Assembly: GCA_034226945.1 (NCBI GenBank)
Contig: CP120453.1
Span: 806,001 to 870,000, forward strand
From: Picochlorum sp. SENEW3
Lineage: Eukaryota
Length of the DNA stretch: 64,000 nucleotides
Direction: 5' to 3'
Shown here piece by piece: positions 1 through 12,252 of this stretch (position 1 is its first letter; the number at the start of each line of letters is the position of its first letter). The notes beneath the pieces were generated by a model. The model saw only the letters and a program-made list of their open reading frames with translations, made no database searches and was not told the DNA's origin. Position numbers and translations under genes: made by a program.

Positions 1-57
1 TATATATTTGTAATATCGACGCTGTACCCACCATTCATCCTCGATGGATTCGTGCAG

Positions 58-1456
58 GCTGCGAAACGAAGGGCAATTACAGAATTGCTGTTTTTTGCGA
101 GCGTGGGAGATTTGAAACGATGTCAAAGGATTGTTAGACTATGGCATTTGGATATCAAAGATCAGACCTGCTGTGATTATGATCGACGGACGCCATTGTA
201 TGTTGTGTTGTATTTCCCTTCCCAGGTCAAGAGTGACCTCACGAGTGAGCATGTTGTCTTGCAGGCATTTAGCGGCGAGCGAGGGTGCGTATAAAGTGAC
301 AGAGTGGTTGATTTCAGAAGGTGTAAACATCAATTCGTTGGATCGATTTGGGAGGACACCCTTGGAGGATGCTGTGAGGGGAGAGTATCGCGAAGTGATT
401 AAATTGCTTGTAGATAATGGAGGAAAGGTTCTGGAGGATAAGAAGCTGGTAGATTTGACAGACAGTGCTCTTGCTGGTACTCTTGGTGTTCCTCCACAGA
501 AACTCGCGGATATCGATCCGGAATGGGAATTGGATCCTGGAAACTTGGTGGTGATGGAAAAGCTGGGTGAGGGTGAGTTTGGTATTGTGCACAAATCTCG
601 TTGGTTTGGGACGAATGTGGCTGCCAAGATATTGAAGGGGTCTTCTGATATCGCCCTTGGTGATTTTAGAGGAGAGATTGATATTCTCAGGCGGGTGCAT
701 CATCCAAATGCAGTACAATTCTTGGGAGCGTGTTCCAAGAGGGAACCATACATTCTTGTGACAGAGCTCATGTGTGGTGGATCCCTTGCGGATGCCTTCC
801 GTAGACCAGAAGCATTTCCTATGAGACGTGCGGTTGAGGTTGCTTTGGATGCCGCCCGTGGTTTGGCGTATTTGCATAACCGAAGACCATCACCCATTAT
901 CCACAGAGACTTGAAGCCAGGAAATCTCATGTTTTCTGGGAGTCCGTACCAGACGCAGAAACAGATCATATATCAGACAGGTATCGTAAAACTTGCTGAT
1001 TTCGGTCTGTCGAAGACGTTGCCCGTGAATAAGCATGCAGACTTTGGATACCTTGATTCCAAGTTCAGAATGACTGGAGAGACTGGCTCATACAGATACA
1101 TGGCCCCAGAAGTCTTCCGACACGAGCCTTACAACTCATCCGTCGATGTATACTCCTATTCAATGATTATATACCAGCTTTTTGAGACGAATCCGCCATT
1201 CTCTGGAATGGACCCTATCAGTGCTGCAAAGAATGCTGCCATGTATGATCTCAGACCACAGTTTGTGCAACTCAGTGGAGACACTGCATCAAAAAGAGAA
1301 ATCAAGGAATTGATAGAGTCGTGCTGGAGACCAAATGCAGAGATGCGACCTTCTTTTGAATCAATCGTTGTATCCCTGGAAACAATACTGTCAAAGCTTC
1401 CTGGAAGCAAAAGCAGTGGCTCTGCCGAGGGAGGTGGATGCTGCTCCATTGCCTAG
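58..1456 (+). CDS. Ankyrin-repeat Raf-like/integrin-linked-kinase-like protein kinase (5' exon probably outside the window)
   Basis: Removing intron 198-264 (GTATGT..GCAG) joins DYDRRTPL to HLAASEG, an ankyrin repeat. Kinase motifs GEGEFG, AAK, HRDLKPGN, DFG and GSYRYMAPE are present. The protein ends in CCSIA. Confidence 0.9.
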
Positions 1457-1700
1457 TGCTCTGTTTTGATGATACCGTATTCATTTTGGTGATTTAATAC
1501 ACACTTGAATCATCATTGGTTATTAGTAGAATTGTGTATATGTCCTACAGTGATCGCTCATGGCATGATCATACCATGTGTCATCAAATGATCCATCATC
1601 ATCCTGATATCATGGTGGGTGGGAGGATTTCCCAATTCGTCTTCTTCATCATGGTTGATCACGCACTGCAACCATTAATTCATTAAATATTTATTTCAGA

Positions 1701-2624
1701 ATGCTAATGCGATCAGTCAGAATAGCTCAGCCGCAGCCTTTAAAGGCTACTCTGGGTAGAAGGTTGCCAATCCGACGCATCTGCCATGTCCACGCAGCCT
1801 CTTCGCCAGGATCTTCTGGAGAGAATGCATACCAGGTATGACAATATATATGACATGATCATGGTGATTCAGATGACGATGAAAGCAGAGATGTTACTGA
1901 TATCCTTGCTCTCCTACAGGTACTCGGCCTCCCAGAGAATGCAGACTACAATGCGATTCAGAGAGCCTACAAGAAGAAACTGAGCGAATGTAGAGGAGAT
2001 GAGGAGGCTGCAAGCAGGATTGAGCAGGCTCATTCCAGCCTCATGATGAATGCTCTCACCTCTAGGCTCCAGGGGAATGCTCAGGTGGATAAGAACGTCT
2101 TGTACGCGGATCGCGCTCGATATTTCCCATGGAGACCTAAATTATGGTTGGCAGAGCAAAAAGTCATCATGCTCTCTGCGATTGCACAGTGTGCATTCCT
2201 CGCTTGGGCTCTCTTGTCTCCAATGACTGCAGGAACCCAGCCAGTGGTGTGGTGTACGTCTCTTATGTACGGGAAACCATGTCTATTCTGAGCACATGTC
2301 TGACTCTTTTTTTTTCTATATGCAGCTGCCACCGCTGGAGCCATTGCTAACATTTATAAACAGAACAGAATCAACCCTCCACCAATCAGAGGTGCAGAGG
2401 TGAGTGATGAAGAGAAGAAGCAGGGAGGAAGGAACATTTTGAGAGGTGCATTCCTCGCATTCATGGCCACATTCAGCGGTTGTCTTTTGTTATACACCGC
2501 CCCAGATGCCATTGCTGCTCAATTGAATACAGTGTTGCCACTGTGGTTTTATGAAGGACAAACAATCTTGCTCACCCTTGGAAGCACCCTCATGAATCTC
2601 ATCTTCACTTCACTCTTTAGATAA
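1701..2624 (+). CDS. CPP1/CDF1-like (DUF3353) plastid J-like membrane protein
   Basis: Three exons, introns 1836-1919 and 2254-2325. A transit-peptide-like N-terminus is followed by AYQVLGLPENADYNAIQRAYKK (J-like, no HPD), LTSRLQG, YADRARYFPWRP and C-terminal hydrophobic helices. Confidence 0.75.
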
Positions 2625-2786
2625 ATACATTGACAAAATAATATTATAAACGTCTGTAATAGTGATTAATAGTACTGAGTACCCAAAAGAGTGCGCAAAT
2701 ATCGCTGGTTTTGTGATTTGCATGCCAGAGCACAGCATTTCCTAGAATATCAGCCTGTACCGTGTATTCGATAGCTTCATGCAATA

Positions 2787-4575
2787 ATGGGTAAACATAA
2801 TGGCAAAGCACGTCGAACAGGAAAGTCTGTGGGCTCTGCTTTGGTGAACAAGGCCCGAAAGGAGGGAAAGTTTGGAGCTGCAGACTCATACTTGTATACG
2901 ACGGAGAATCCTGGTAGAGACAGTGGGTTAGGGATACAGAGTATCATTCATGAGAATGACTTGGATAATTTAATGAGTATGGTGCGTGTGGTGTTTCTTT
3001 TGATGATGGGAGTGCTGGTCTTACAACGAGCTGTGTTTGTGGAACATGCAGGCTGAGTTGGCTGATAGGGATTTCTCAGCGGATCGAGGTCAGGCAGTTG
3101 TGATCAAAGCTTCTGGTAGCACGAGTGTAACTGCTCAAGAAGCGGCACGGACTGAGGAGGAGAGGGTGAAGGCTGAAGAGGAGAATGCTCACAAGTTGTG
3201 TGTTCCACGGAGACCTCCATGGAACAGTCAGATGACTGTGGATGAGTTGGATGCACAAGAGCGGGCGTACTTTTTAGAATGGCGGAGGAGTCTTGCTGAA
3301 CTTGAAACGAGTGATTATTTGGTGTTGACGCCGTTTGAGAAGAATTTGAATGTATGGAGGCAGCTTTGGAGGGTGATAGAGCGATCTGATGTGGTTGTGC
3401 AGGTGGTGGATGCACGTGATCCTTTGACGTATTGGAACGAGGATTTGAAGAGATATTGTTTAGAACTGAATCCTACAAAAACGAGTATTCTGTTGATGAA
3501 TAAATCGGACATGGTTCCAGAAAAGCTGCGATCGGCATGGGCCGATTACTTTGACTCAAAGGGTATGGATTACATCTTTTGGTCTGCAAAAGCTGCTTCA
3601 GAGGAAGAAGCGTCCGATGTAGAGGGTTCAGATCCTCGAGTTAAATTATATATGGTTGATGAATTAGTTGATGTTCTCAAAGAAAAGGCAGCAAAGGCTG
3701 TGAAGGAGCAGAAGCTGCTTGGGTTGCCACGGATGGAGAGTTCACGATACATGGTTGGGTTGATTGGATATCCAAATGTCGGGAAATCGTCCACAATAAA
3801 TGCAGTATTTGGGTCAAAAAAGACAGCAGTCGCTGCAACGCCGGGAAAAACGAAGCATTTTCAGACGCTATTTGTGTCGGATGAGTTGTGCTTGTGTGAT
3901 TGTCCTGGATTGGTAATGCCTCGGTTTGCAAAGAGCAAGGCAGATATGGTCGCTGCTGGGGTTATACCGATTGATCGATTGACAGATGTTATTGAGCCTG
4001 TTGATGTTATTGCTTCTAGAATAAAGAAAGAGCAGTTGGAGGCTGTGTATGGTATGAAAATAAAGCAGCCTGCAGCACAAGTGACCCATCCTCTGGCACG
4101 GTCTCTCTTGTACAGTATTGCGGCATCGCGAGGATGGTCGGGGCCCGGGGGTCTTCCGGATGTCACTCGAGCTGGCCGTAGGTTATTGAAAGATTATGTT
4201 GATGGGAAGGTATTGGCATGTAAAGCACCTCCAGGTGCCTCAGAGGAGGTTCAGAGGTTGGCACGAGATGCGTGTCCTCCAGGGTGTGACCTGGGTCAGA
4301 TTGACGAAGATGCGGTGACCAAGAATGGTGTGAATGGTGCAAATGTAGATGATGGCAGTGTCAACGCAGGAAATGCTGTGGAAAGCCTTGATGATGACGG
4401 TGGTTTGCTGGAAAATTTGAATTTCATGGAATCCAAGGTGAATGGAAAGCCGATACGGCCGGCATACAAGTTTCATAAGAAGACAAAAGCGAAATCTAGA
4501 GCTGCTGTTTGTTATGGAAGTAGTTCGACAGACGACGAAATGAGTTTCGGAAAGAAAGGAGGACTTAAAAGATGA
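2787..4575 (+). CDS. LSG1: Large-subunit GTPase 1 (circularly permuted GTPase, 60S maturation)
   Basis: Intron 2982-3051. Motifs VPRRPPW, LTPFEKNLNVWRQLWRVIERSD, VDARDP, NKSD, GYPNVGKSS, TPGKTKHFQT and DCPG. Confidence 0.95.
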
Positions 4576-4603
4576 GATGTATAAATATATAAATATGAAC
4601 AAT

Positions 4604-7410
4604 CTAGTTTGTAAAGAATGAACCTAGCAGGCCCCCTGATGTGTATCCCTCAATCTTTGCACTCATCTCTGCAGCTTTTGTACCAAGAAGCGACGTGATG
4701 GCACTTTGAGCTGTAACAGACGATGACATATTCCCTAATGATGACCCATCATCATCAACAGAATTGGACAGACCGTATGCAGACATCTTGTTTGGTCGAG
4801 AGGGCAACTTTGCAGGCAGATAGGCAAATCTGGATGTGGTTGTCGAAAGTGCCATGATCCCATTGCCATCATTGCCTCTACTCACGCCACTAGAGTCATG
4901 TGCATTACTAATGCGTAAAAAACTTGCGGCACTTGAGGAGAATACTGCTACATTCTCATCAATTGCACTGCTACAGCCTGACCAGTCTATTGGATCGATT
5001 CGTGCACCAAGACTGTCCAAGACACTCTTGGCCGTGGCACGTACACCTGCATCATCTCCGAAAAGTGAGCAGATGAAACGAATATCATAAATGCGTTGAA
5101 GCACGTCATCTCGCGATGTTGATGGATCCTCGTCCTCCATTTCCAGTGCTGTAGCAAGCATGGTTGATTTGAAGGAACCCATAGCTTGTTTCACCAAATC
5201 CTCCTGCAAAGCAGATCCCCCCGCCTTTTCTAACTCGTCACAAAAGCATGTTAAAGCTCCCATAAGCCAGGAGGATGGAAACGAAGGCACTGTGGTTGAA
5301 CCACTTGCATCATCCTGGGCAGCATCGGCCGCTGAAGAGGATGAGGGCAGAATGTCATATGATCCTGACTGCCTGATTTGTTTCGCTATTTCTCCATTGA
5401 ACCATTTTGACCACGTCTCATTCGATGCTGTTCTTAAATCTTGAATCTTTTTCAAAGTCTCACGCGCCCAGGGGTGCAATACAGAGGAATCGTAATTGTC
5501 TCCATCTCGAGCCACTTCTTGGAAATGGAGCAGCTTCTGGAACGGTTCGCAAGAATACAATATCTTCGAGGACAACTGTACAAACACTAATGAAATACCT
5601 ATCACAGTATCCCTTGTTGCATTCAATCTCGTCGCTTCCATGAGAGATACCATGGACTTCATAGCTGACGCAAACTCTTGAGAGATGAAATCCTCAAAAC
5701 TCACAAACTCCTCATCTGAATTGGATGCATATTTTTTATTCCCAATCAAAAGACATTCTATCGATTCTGCTAAAGTTTTCTCTAATGCGCCATGGATCTC
5801 ATCAAAAAACTCAGAGGCAACTTGAATCCACCATTCCCGTTCTGCAGCACCAGAGGACACTGTGTTCAAATCCTTGTACACTGTACTCGCAGTATACTGT
5901 CCTATTGGATCCACTGTGACTGCTTCATTCTTACTCTGAGAAAGTGCTTCTGCCGTCATTTTCTCTACAATATCACTCACATCACGAAAGCGTGTTGAAA
6001 TAATCTTCTTGGCCTGCGTCACCACCAAGTCTTGACACGTTTGATCCCAGAGGCTCACAATATCCCCCATGGCATACTGGGATAGGGCCGAGCACGACAT
6101 TTCCATCACATCATCCCCCTGATGGACACAACATCTCCACCTCGAAAGGCGATCCTGCACATGCTCTTCAATATGCTTCAATTCTCGACAAGATGTCGTC
6201 GCAGAAAATAATGGCTCCAAAATCTGTTGCACATCAAGCGAGGTTTTTCTGAGCCAATCCTCAGTCTCCAACTGCAATGCACCTTTTGTAAATCCTTCTA
6301 ATTTTGACATGGCATCTCGAGCTCGAGAACTCAATGTCTGCGTCGAGCTAGATGATTTCCCATCCACCTCCTCATCGACAAGTGTTTCAAGCAATCGAAC
6401 CATTGGTTTCTGTCCAGAGTCACCAAACACCTCCATAATCAGACACACAGTGCTCCACATAGACTCAAACATTACACCAACCAAATCAGATACGTCTTCT
6501 CCTTGGCGCCCCTTGGCAAGAATACAATTACGTCTCGACGTCACCAAATACTTCAACACATCATTGCTATCAAGAGGCCTCAGCAACGCCAAGCACGCAA
6601 GCACCGATGCACCACTATCCACATCAATATTTTCTTGCTGCGTCAACCACTCCTGCCCCCTGTTCCAAATCTCTCCATCAAGCCGTCTCACAGATGGCCA
6701 TAAATGCTCCAGAAAAGGAAACTGCCTCGCATGTTCCCCACACGAGGCATCAAATTCTTTATGCATCTCAACCGCCCTCAAATACCTCACTGCAGCCATC
6801 AAATATTCATCCCTATCAAGATGCCCATAAATGGCCTCCTGCGAATCCACCATGTACTTGACCTTGCTTGCAACCCAGTACACCTTTTCAACTTCTTCAT
6901 CCTGACCAGGCCCAGTCGCACTGCTCGGCATCTCTGACACCCCTTCAGACGTCTCCATCAACGTCGACAACTTCTCAGCAACAACATGACACTGTTCTGC
7001 GATATCCTTAATGGCATCCGCACTCGATATTAAATCCCTGTACGAGTCCCCCACAACGTGTCGCAACTTTTCCTCCTTTTCCTTCATCTCCTCCACATAC
7101 TTGCCATACATCTGCATCATCATGACCAAATAGTATTATTTCAATGCGATATTGCCTATTCTCTCGCGACAATAGGCCCTATTTGGCGTCATTGTCAAAT
7201 CATGTAATTATCCGACATCTACCCCGTTCTTCGTTCAAAGTGGCCAGATATACGCCCAAAAAACTCTTCATATACCATGTATTCCTATTGTAGAGCAATC
7301 TCACCCACCTGACGGATATCAGACACCGTGTGTCTCTGAAATATACGATCTGCATCGATCGCCCCTCCCATCCTTCCTCCTGAGCCATGGCGGTTGCCCA
7401 GAGTACTCAT
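4604..7410 (-). CDS. COG1: Conserved oligomeric Golgi complex subunit 1 (Vps51/COG1 N-terminal domain)
   Basis: Exon 1 is 7410-7309 (..IDADRIFQRHTVSDIRQ), intron 7308-7112, then KEEKLRHVVGDSYRDLISSADAI. C-terminal RIDPIDW and SRFAYLP motifs match COG1. Confidence 0.8.
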
Positions 7411-7645
7411 CCTACTCCAATAAAAAATAATTCATCCATATTTGGGGGCTCCGCCCGTCCATATGTAAGCGTGTATCCTGACCCAATCGGGGTCTTTGCA
7501 ACATGGCGCCCAGGCCTGCAGGGATCTTTTGATATCCCAAATTTCTTATGATATGACCCACAGGTACAGCATTTGGTTGAATTTATCACAATACTATGTA
7601 ACTATTGATAGTCTAGAGTACTATCTGACAGGATTACCTGCACAG

Positions 7646-8752
7646 ATGGACAGGATGCATTTTCTTGGTCAAAGCTTTGCCCAAGGTGGGTGGGGACTTA
7701 CAATAATTGCTGGAGCACTCTGTGCAGTATTTCTGTGGATGATGTTTCTATCAGATGTATTTGAAATGCCACGGAATCGACAAGGCTCGCAACAGCAACA
7801 ACAACAACAAAGAAGAAGGACCACCCTCTGTGATGATTCAAATTCCATGGTGGACATTACGGATACAAATGTGCTCGACCTGGTGACTCGCATACCAGTG
7901 CGTCCAGAATTCTCTCTGGCAGAGGCATGGTTTAAGTGTGAAGCAGCACGATATGGGAAAGCACCAGAAGAGATTCCAGCGAATCTGTTGGACAGCTTTA
8001 CCCTGAATGGGTCCATCCCGGTGAGGACATTGTACTTTGACCAAGCATATCTCGGAGGGGATGCCAATACGCCTGTGTGGACCACAGCTGCTGTAAATGA
8101 TTTAATGTATCGGGTGGCAAAGAGGCAGCAAACCTTTAACTACGACACCACGCCAATCTACACCATGTTTGATGCCAGGCCTGACCTCGTTCGAGGTCAG
8201 AGGGGTTTGGTCATTGGCAGTGAAAATCCATGGTTGGAAGCGTTGCTTTTATTTTACGGGGCACGAGAAGTCAACACGTTAGAATTTGGATCCATTGAAA
8301 GCAAGGATGAGCGGATTAAAACCTTTACTCCAGATCAATTCAAAGTCCAATTTCTTCGTGGAAATATTCGCCAGTATGATTTTGCATTCACCTATTCGAG
8401 CATCGAGCATGATGGGCTCGGTCGATACGGAGACGTCCTTCACCCAAACGGAGACCTGCTCACCATGGCCAAACTCTTGAGTATTGTCAAACCGGGTGGA
8501 GTGGTCATGGTTGGTGTCCCATGCTGCCATGATCGGTTGGACTGGAATGCCCACAGAATCTATGGACCAATACGGCTGCAGAAAGTGTTCTCAGGCTACA
8601 AAGTACTGGGTGTGTACCCAAAAGATGCTCGAATGGGTCAAGAGTCGACAGAATTTTCATTCCAGCCGGTGTGGTTGCTGAAGAACCAGCTTGCCTGTGA
8701 TGATGAGCAGCAGCTCAACATCCCCCGCATTGCCCCAACAACAGGACTATGA
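7646..8752 (+). CDS. DUF268-family SAM-dependent methyltransferase-like protein with N-terminal membrane anchor
   Basis: Intronless. An N-terminal hydrophobic helix and a Q-run precede GLVIGSENPWLE and YDFAFTYSSIEHDGLGRYGD..PNGDL..KPGG..VGVP..WNAHRIYGPIRL, the DUF268 signature as I recall it. Confidence 0.75.
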   Translation: MDRMHFLGQSFAQGGWGLTIIAGALCAVFLWMMFLSDVFEMPRNRQGSQQQQQQQRRRTTLCDDSNSMVDITDTNVLDLVTRIPVRPEFSLAEAWFKCEAARYGKAPEEIPANLLDSFTLNGSIPVRTLYFDQAYLGGDANTPVWTTAAVNDLMYRVAKRQQTFNYDTTPIYTMFDARPDLVRGQRGLVIGSENPWLEALLLFYGAREVNTLEFGSIESKDERIKTFTPDQFKVQFLRGNIRQYDFAFTYSSIEHDGLGRYGDVLHPNGDLLTMAKLLSIVKPGGVVMVGVPCCHDRLDWNAHRIYGPIRLQKVFSGYKVLGVYPKDARMGQESTEFSFQPVWLLKNQLACDDEQQLNIPRIAPTTGL

Positions 8753-8944
8753 GCAGGAATCGTCCGTAATAAGAACGACCCTGCCCACGCATATGTATCC
8801 CCAGGAACCATGAATGTACATATTCTGTATATATTTTCATCGAGGAGAGACTCAGTGATACTATACGTATTTATGCGTCCATTGTGTGTCTACCTGATCG
8901 ATTGATCGAACGACCATTTCCACTTCTTCGACGAAACCAGCACC

Positions 8945-10064
8945 ATGGTACGTTCTAAGAGCACGGATACCACCAATATATAACATGAGATGATAATAAC
9001 GTTCTATGATGCAGGAGGCGACCGTTGTATGTATCGATAATAGCGAATTTTCTAGAAATGGAGATTACTCCCCGTCCCGTTTTCAGGCACAGGCTGATGC
9101 GGTGAATTTATTGGCTGGTGCAAAGACTCAACATCATCCTGAGAATACTGTTGGGATTATGACGATGGCGGGGAAGACACCAACGGTGTTGGTGACACCG
9201 ACATCTGATTTGGGAAAAGTTCTTCAGGCTGTGCAGAATATGAAGATTGATGGGACTGTGCACATGTCTACGGCAGTGCAGATAGCTCAATTGGCGTTAA
9301 AGCATAGGGAGAATAAGAATCAGAGGCAGCGGATTGTTGTGTTCATTGGAAGCCCTATTGTAGAGGATATGGATGCTTTGGTGAAAATTGCAAAGAAACT
9401 GAAGAAGAATAACGTGGCTGTGGATATTGTTAGCTTTGGTTGTGAAGAGGAGAATAAGGACAAGCTGGAGGCATTCCAAGCTGCTGTGAATAGCGGGGAT
9501 AATAGTCATCTCGTGTCAGTGCCCGCTGGAACCATATTGTCAGATATGTTGTTTGCAACGCCGATATTTATGGAGGAAGGCGGTACAGATACTGGTGGTG
9601 GTGCTGCTGCTGCTCCGCAGCCAAATATTGTGGATGGATTTGATTATAGCCAGTTGGGTGTGGACCCAACATTGGATCCCGAGCTTGCACTTGCATTGCG
9701 AATTTCAATGGAGGAGGAGAGAGCTCGCGTAGAAGCTGCTGCGGCAGAGGGAAATGAGCCACAAGAAGGAGAGGATAAAGCAGCTGCAGTAGAAGAAGAG
9801 CCAAAGGAAGAAAATGAGGTGGAGGCCATGGACGAAGATACATTGCTGCAGCAAGCTCTTGCCCTTTCCATGCAGGGAGGCGGAGGAGATGCCCCCCAGG
9901 AGATGGACAAGGAAGAAGGGGCAGCTGTTGATGAGGACGTGGAGGTGGACGATCCAGAATTGGCACTGGCGCTGCAAATGTCAATGGGTGACCAGCAACA
10001 GCCTCCATCATCATCCAATGATGATGATGAGAAGAAACAAGACAAGAATGAAGAGGATGCCTAA
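8945..10064 (+). CDS. RPN10: 26S proteasome ubiquitin receptor RPN10/PSMD4
   Basis: ATG-only first exon 8945-8947, intron 8948-9014, then EATVVCIDNSEFSRNGDY (vWA domain). Three UIMs: DPELALALRISMEE, LLQQALALSM and DPELALALQMSM. Confidence 0.95.
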
Positions 10065-10205
10065 CCAACGGCGGTCATATTGTTTTTATTTTCAACCACA
10101 TGTATGTCATGTAATACATGCATTCATTCTTCATATGCACCCACACGACCATGAATGGTATCATTATCATCATCATGTTACAAGAGGAATACATGGGTAC
10201 TACTA

Positions 10206-10616
10206 CTATCCAGACGGATTGATCTTTTCAATCTTTGTAAACTCCCATTCCTTATTGCAAAGAGGACACGCACTACGAGTCTTAAGCCACCGCTGAATAC
10301 AATCTAAATGAAACACGTGCCCACACTGCCCCCACGCAATACTCAAACCAGGATGCTCTGTATCCCCAGTAGGATTTGCCTGATACTCGATACTCGCCTC
10401 GTACAAATTATTCCTACAAATAGCACACGTATCTGTACATATAGCCCACGACCACATTGCTACTGCATTCCATTTCTTAATCTCAAACCTCTTCTTCTTC
10501 GTGGTCGCCCCTCCCCCCTCGGCATCCTCCTCACCCTGCTCAACCCCTTCCATGGGCTCTTCCTCCTCCTCCTCTTCCTTCTTCTTCTTCACTGCTGCTG
10601 CCGCTGCTGGTGCCAT
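10206..10616 (-). CDS. RING-box (RBX1/ROC1-like) cullin-RING ligase subunit, variant form
   Basis: Cullin-binding strand KKRFEIKKWNAVAMWSW and RING-H2 CAICRN..AWGQCGHVFHLDCIQRWLKTRSACPLCNKEWEF. Confidence 0.9.
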   Translation of the reverse strand: MAPAAAAAVKKKKEEEEEEEPMEGVEQGEEDAEGGGATTKKKRFEIKKWNAVAMWSWAICTDTCAICRNNLYEASIEYQANPTGDTEHPGLSIAWGQCGHVFHLDCIQRWLKTRSACPLCNKEWEFTKIEKINPSG

Positions 10617-11054
10617 ACTTGAAATCTATAATCGAATCAATACATACACTGGTATCGTATATAGATGGGATTTGGAAAAAGACGGATGAAATCGATTCGA
10701 TTCAATCAAACGTCTTCCTTCTTCTATACAGTATGACAGAGCGCTGCTATATCTCTAACACTGAAACTACTACGTTCCCACTGAGGATTTGTATTTCGTA
10801 TACGAGACGAGGGAGGGCTTTTTTGCTTTTGTATTTTGTTCCCTCGCTTTTCGGGGAAATGGTCAGAAATCATAGTATTCGGTCAATGGAATGGTTTAAT
10901 AGGACACTTGGGTATTGGTGGATGTCCGAATCAGTTCTGTTTCCTCCACCTCGAGCATACGAGGTCTTGTCTTCTCGGGAAGGGTGTTGAAATTATTCTT
11001 CTTACTATTGTTGTTACATGGTACATAGTGAGGAGCGCGTTCAATGCTATAACC

Positions 11055-12146
11055 ATGCGTCAGTGGTGTAGCCAAACACAGACCACGAGACTCGGTGTTT
11101 CTACGGAATCGTCAATACGAGTATCTCATGGTCGTATACATACCATGCGAATGTTTTTGAGTGGAGGAATAGCGAGAGGAGTGGGTCAGCACCATGGACG
11201 GACGAGCATTCGAGCTCGGCATTCGATGTGTCGAACGTACAGAAAAAGAGACGACGTGGTGTGTTTTGCATCATCATCGGTAGAGAGTATGTCATATACT
11301 GAGTCATCGATCCCTTCTTCGTCTGGGGTGGGTGGATCGGATCTGAAGCCTTTGCCGAGGAATGTGGAGAGTCCGGCTGACGATCCTACGCTTCATAATC
11401 CCCTCAAGAGGATGGAACGGATGGGGACGGGGTGGATGGGGGTGATTTTCGAGTTGGAAGGGGTGTGTGTGGAGTACGAGAAGGATGATATTGTGGCAGA
11501 AGCGTGGAAGAGGACGGCCAAGGAGGAGGGGAAGGAGATGCCTCTGAAATGGCAGTTGGACAGAGCCAATGGGATGAAGGGTGAGCAGGCTGTTCAGGAG
11601 GCGTTTTGTTGGACACGGATTCCCCAAGAGGCGAAGAGAATATCAAATACAAAGGAGAGTATCTTGGCGGATTTGTTGGCAGATGCTGCGCCAGTGGCGC
11701 CACAGAGTGCATTGAGATTGCTGAAGAATTTGGAAGGGTTGGAGACACCTCGCGCGCTTGTTTCCTCTGCTCCAGAAGAAAGGGTGCATAAGATTCTGGA
11801 ATTATCGGGTATGGAAGGACTATTTGATGCAGTTATATCGGGTGACGATGTGTACAGGGGGAAGCCAGACCCAGAGGGATATCTGTATGCGGCACAAAAG
11901 CTTGAGAGGCCACCGTTTCGATGTGTCGTGATTGGTAAAAATAATCAGAGTATTGAAGCGGCCCATGAGGTTGGCATGCCATGTGTGGCTGTGGCGGGGT
12001 CATCTCCCCTGTACGAGGTGTCTGCTGCAGATTTGGCAGTCAAGTCGCTGGATGAACTATCATTTGTGAATTTGAAGAAACTATTTGGCACAGAATTGTC
12101 CAATATGACGTTTGAAGAGGAAGAGGAAGACACCATGTACGAATGA
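11055..12146 (+). CDS. Plastid HAD-superfamily phosphatase, similar to riboflavin-pathway ARPP phosphatase PyrP2 (At4g11570 type)
   Basis: Transit-peptide-like N-terminus, then LHNPLKRMERMGTGWMGVIFELEGV, LVSS, GKPDPEGYLYAA and EAAHEVGM. Confidence 0.75.
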   Translation: MRQWCSQTQTTRLGVSTESSIRVSHGRIHTMRMFLSGGIARGVGQHHGRTSIRARHSMCRTYRKRDDVVCFASSSVESMSYTESSIPSSSGVGGSDLKPLPRNVESPADDPTLHNPLKRMERMGTGWMGVIFELEGVCVEYEKDDIVAEAWKRTAKEEGKEMPLKWQLDRANGMKGEQAVQEAFCWTRIPQEAKRISNTKESILADLLADAAPVAPQSALRLLKNLEGLETPRALVSSAPEERVHKILELSGMEGLFDAVISGDDVYRGKPDPEGYLYAAQKLERPPFRCVVIGKNNQSIEAAHEVGMPCVAVAGSSPLYEVSAADLAVKSLDELSFVNLKKLFGTELSNMTFEEEEEDTMYE

Positions 12147-12252
12147 ATATGAATGGATACGAATCCTTGTATTGCTTGTCAGCCTGTATATTAATATGTA
12201 CTGTGATTCTTTTGTAACGCATTCTTCTTTCACCATGACAAGATGGTTATTC

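Noticed and set aside
7788..7811. (CAA/CAG)n tract
   Set aside because: It is a short in-frame poly-Gln linker, not an independent repeat element.
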